A stretch of DNA of 63,795 nt, the filler included, from Octopus bimaculoides (Eukaryota), in assembly GCF_001194135.2 (NCBI RefSeq). It is 5 parts of 5 records of this genome, joined end to end, with 100 filler letters (N's around TTAATTAATTAA, not from the genome) between each part and the next. Parts side by side here need not be neighbours in the genome. Positions count along the whole stretch, not along the records: positions 61,977 to 63,795 come from NW_026350151.1; 4 more parts are not named here. One strand, given 5' to 3'. Positions 62,481 through 63,795 of the stretch are shown piece by piece. A program made the position numbers and the translations under genes. Below the pieces are notes generated by a model. That model ran no database searches and was not told where the DNA came from. It saw only the letters and a list, made by a program, of their open reading frames with translations. Positions within the stretch are counted from its first letter, which is position 1; each line of letters opens with the position of its first letter.

Positions 62481-63302
62481 AATCCGGACAAAAAAAATAA
62501 CATATTAGAAGTTTGAGATCCTTAAACAAACTAAATTAATCAATATATGTTTCTATATGTAAATGTGAGCGTCAATAGCCTTTTAAAAAATTAAAAAAAG
62601 GAAATAAAAACTAATATAATGGTTATAAATATATAAATCAAATGTGTGTGCATGTTTAAGAATATTAATTTAAGTATGTTTCTGACATTATTATTTTAAA
62701 ACAGAAACAATTCGTTACGAATCTACGGTGAAACAGTAAATATTTACTTACATTTCTATACAGTTAGAAAAAAAAACAACTTCTCTTACACAAATATCTA
62801 TTCAGAAAAATAGTCTTTATCTTCAACACGCCTACATTAAATATTATAAATTACACTTATAATTATTATTATTATCTATACTTATGTGTACGTAAAATAA
62901 TTCAATTAAAAGTTACATATGTTTACTGTTTCTTTTTTAAAGAAAATAAACTATAAGCTCATGTTAATTTATACATTTATATATATGTGTATGTATCTAT
63001 ATGTTCGAAAAAATCACAAAATACATATTATCCATAATAGAAAATTTCTATACACATTTTAAAAAATCCATTATTTAATAGTTATAAACTTATGGTAAAT
63101 TTGTTTATATAAATAAACTTTCAAGTCAACATAGCCATGGAAAATGAAAATTAAAAATAACTGAGTTTATACTCTGTGTTATTAGTAACATTCACAAATA
63201 ATATAAAGAACTAATTACCTTTTGTTAAATAGGTTAGCAATTAAGTAAAATTATGATAAATCTTACGATAAATATACTTGTATATATACAAAATCATATA
63301 TT

Positions 63303-63726
63303 TAAGGTGATGGTTTGTTGCCAACTTAATGTGGCAGTCTCGAGAAAGGGCAAAATGCTACTACTATTTAACCCCAGGAAACACTGTTTTCAGTTGGCTA
63401 TGTGACACAAGCGTACTATGTCCTTATGTTTTCAAACAGGGGAGATAAGCACCTCCACCTAGCAAAGCCAGCATCCAGAGGCTAGTTTCAGAGTCATTGC
63501 TCTTCATCAGTCTGGAGAAGCTTGGCTTGCTAGCTGTCTGAAACTAGTATGAGGATGCTGGCTTTGCTGGGTGGAAGTGCTTATCTCCTCTGTTTGAAAA
63601 CATAAGGACACAGTACGCTTGTGTCACATGGCCGACTGAAAACAGTGTTTCCTGGGGTTAAATAACAGTGGCATTCTTCCCTTTCCTGGGACTGCTACAT
63701 TAAGTTAGCAACAAACCATCACTTTA
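63303..63726. mobile_element. 424-bp fold-back element with arms of about 188 bp and a central hammerhead motif
   Basis: 63303-63492 is the reverse complement of 63535-63726 (about 89% identity by eye). Confidence 0.85.
63474..63516 (-). ncRNA. Minimal type-I hammerhead motif (U16.1C in this arm)
   Basis: TCCAGA-CTGATGA-AGAG(CAATGA)CTCT-GAA-ACTAGC-C-TCTGGA; perfect 6-bp stem I; the other arm retains palindromic ACTAGT. Confidence 0.75.
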
Positions 63727-63750
63727 TCGTGCTGCTACTGTATAAGTCGT

Positions 63751-63795
63751 GGAGGCGCAATGGCCCAGTGGTTAGGGCAGCGGACTTGCGGTCAT
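63751..63795 (+). mobile_element. SINE family D head, cut by the window end
   Basis: GGAGGCGCAATGGCCCAGTGGTTAGGGCAGCGGACT matches the reverse complement of 37141-37214. Confidence 0.8.

Noticed and set aside
1-63795. CRISPR array, operon-like cluster or host protein-coding exons
   Set aside because: There is no repeat-spacer array and the sequence is eukaryotic repetitive DNA. No ORF resembles a non-transposon protein, although small exons within a long intron cannot be excluded by eye.

Overview
Eukaryotic, AT-rich, gap-riddled draft-assembly window with no recognisable host protein-coding exon, rRNA, genuine tRNA gene or CRISPR array. The repeat content looks like an octopus/cephalopod genome (inference from memory, not a search result). 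It contains dense (AT)n/(AC)n/(AG)n/(AAT)n microsatellites, dozens of tRNA-derived SINE copies in about four families, and LINE relics: R4/Dong-like RLE, CR1-like, an uninterrupted Tx1/L1-type RT segment and an ORF1 with a duplicated 5' UTR. There are also Tc1/mariner relics, a TTAA-flanked MITE, Helitron-like non-autonomous elements and an interstitial (TTAGGG)8. The most striking signal is about ten minimal type-I hammerhead ribozyme (HHR) motifs or half-motifs, with palindromic stem III, from at least six unrelated sequence families. Most point into AT microsatellites, and three sit in 230-420 bp fold-back structures, as expected for Penelope-like element (PLE) termini. One family fuses a tRNA-derived Pol III head and an (AAT)n linker to such an HHR tail, giving a candidate PLE-mobilised, ribozyme-bearing SINE with two copies in the window. 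Four 100-bp gaps contain an artificial TTAATTAATTAA linker, so adjacency across them is not biological. SINE family letters A-D are my own labels.
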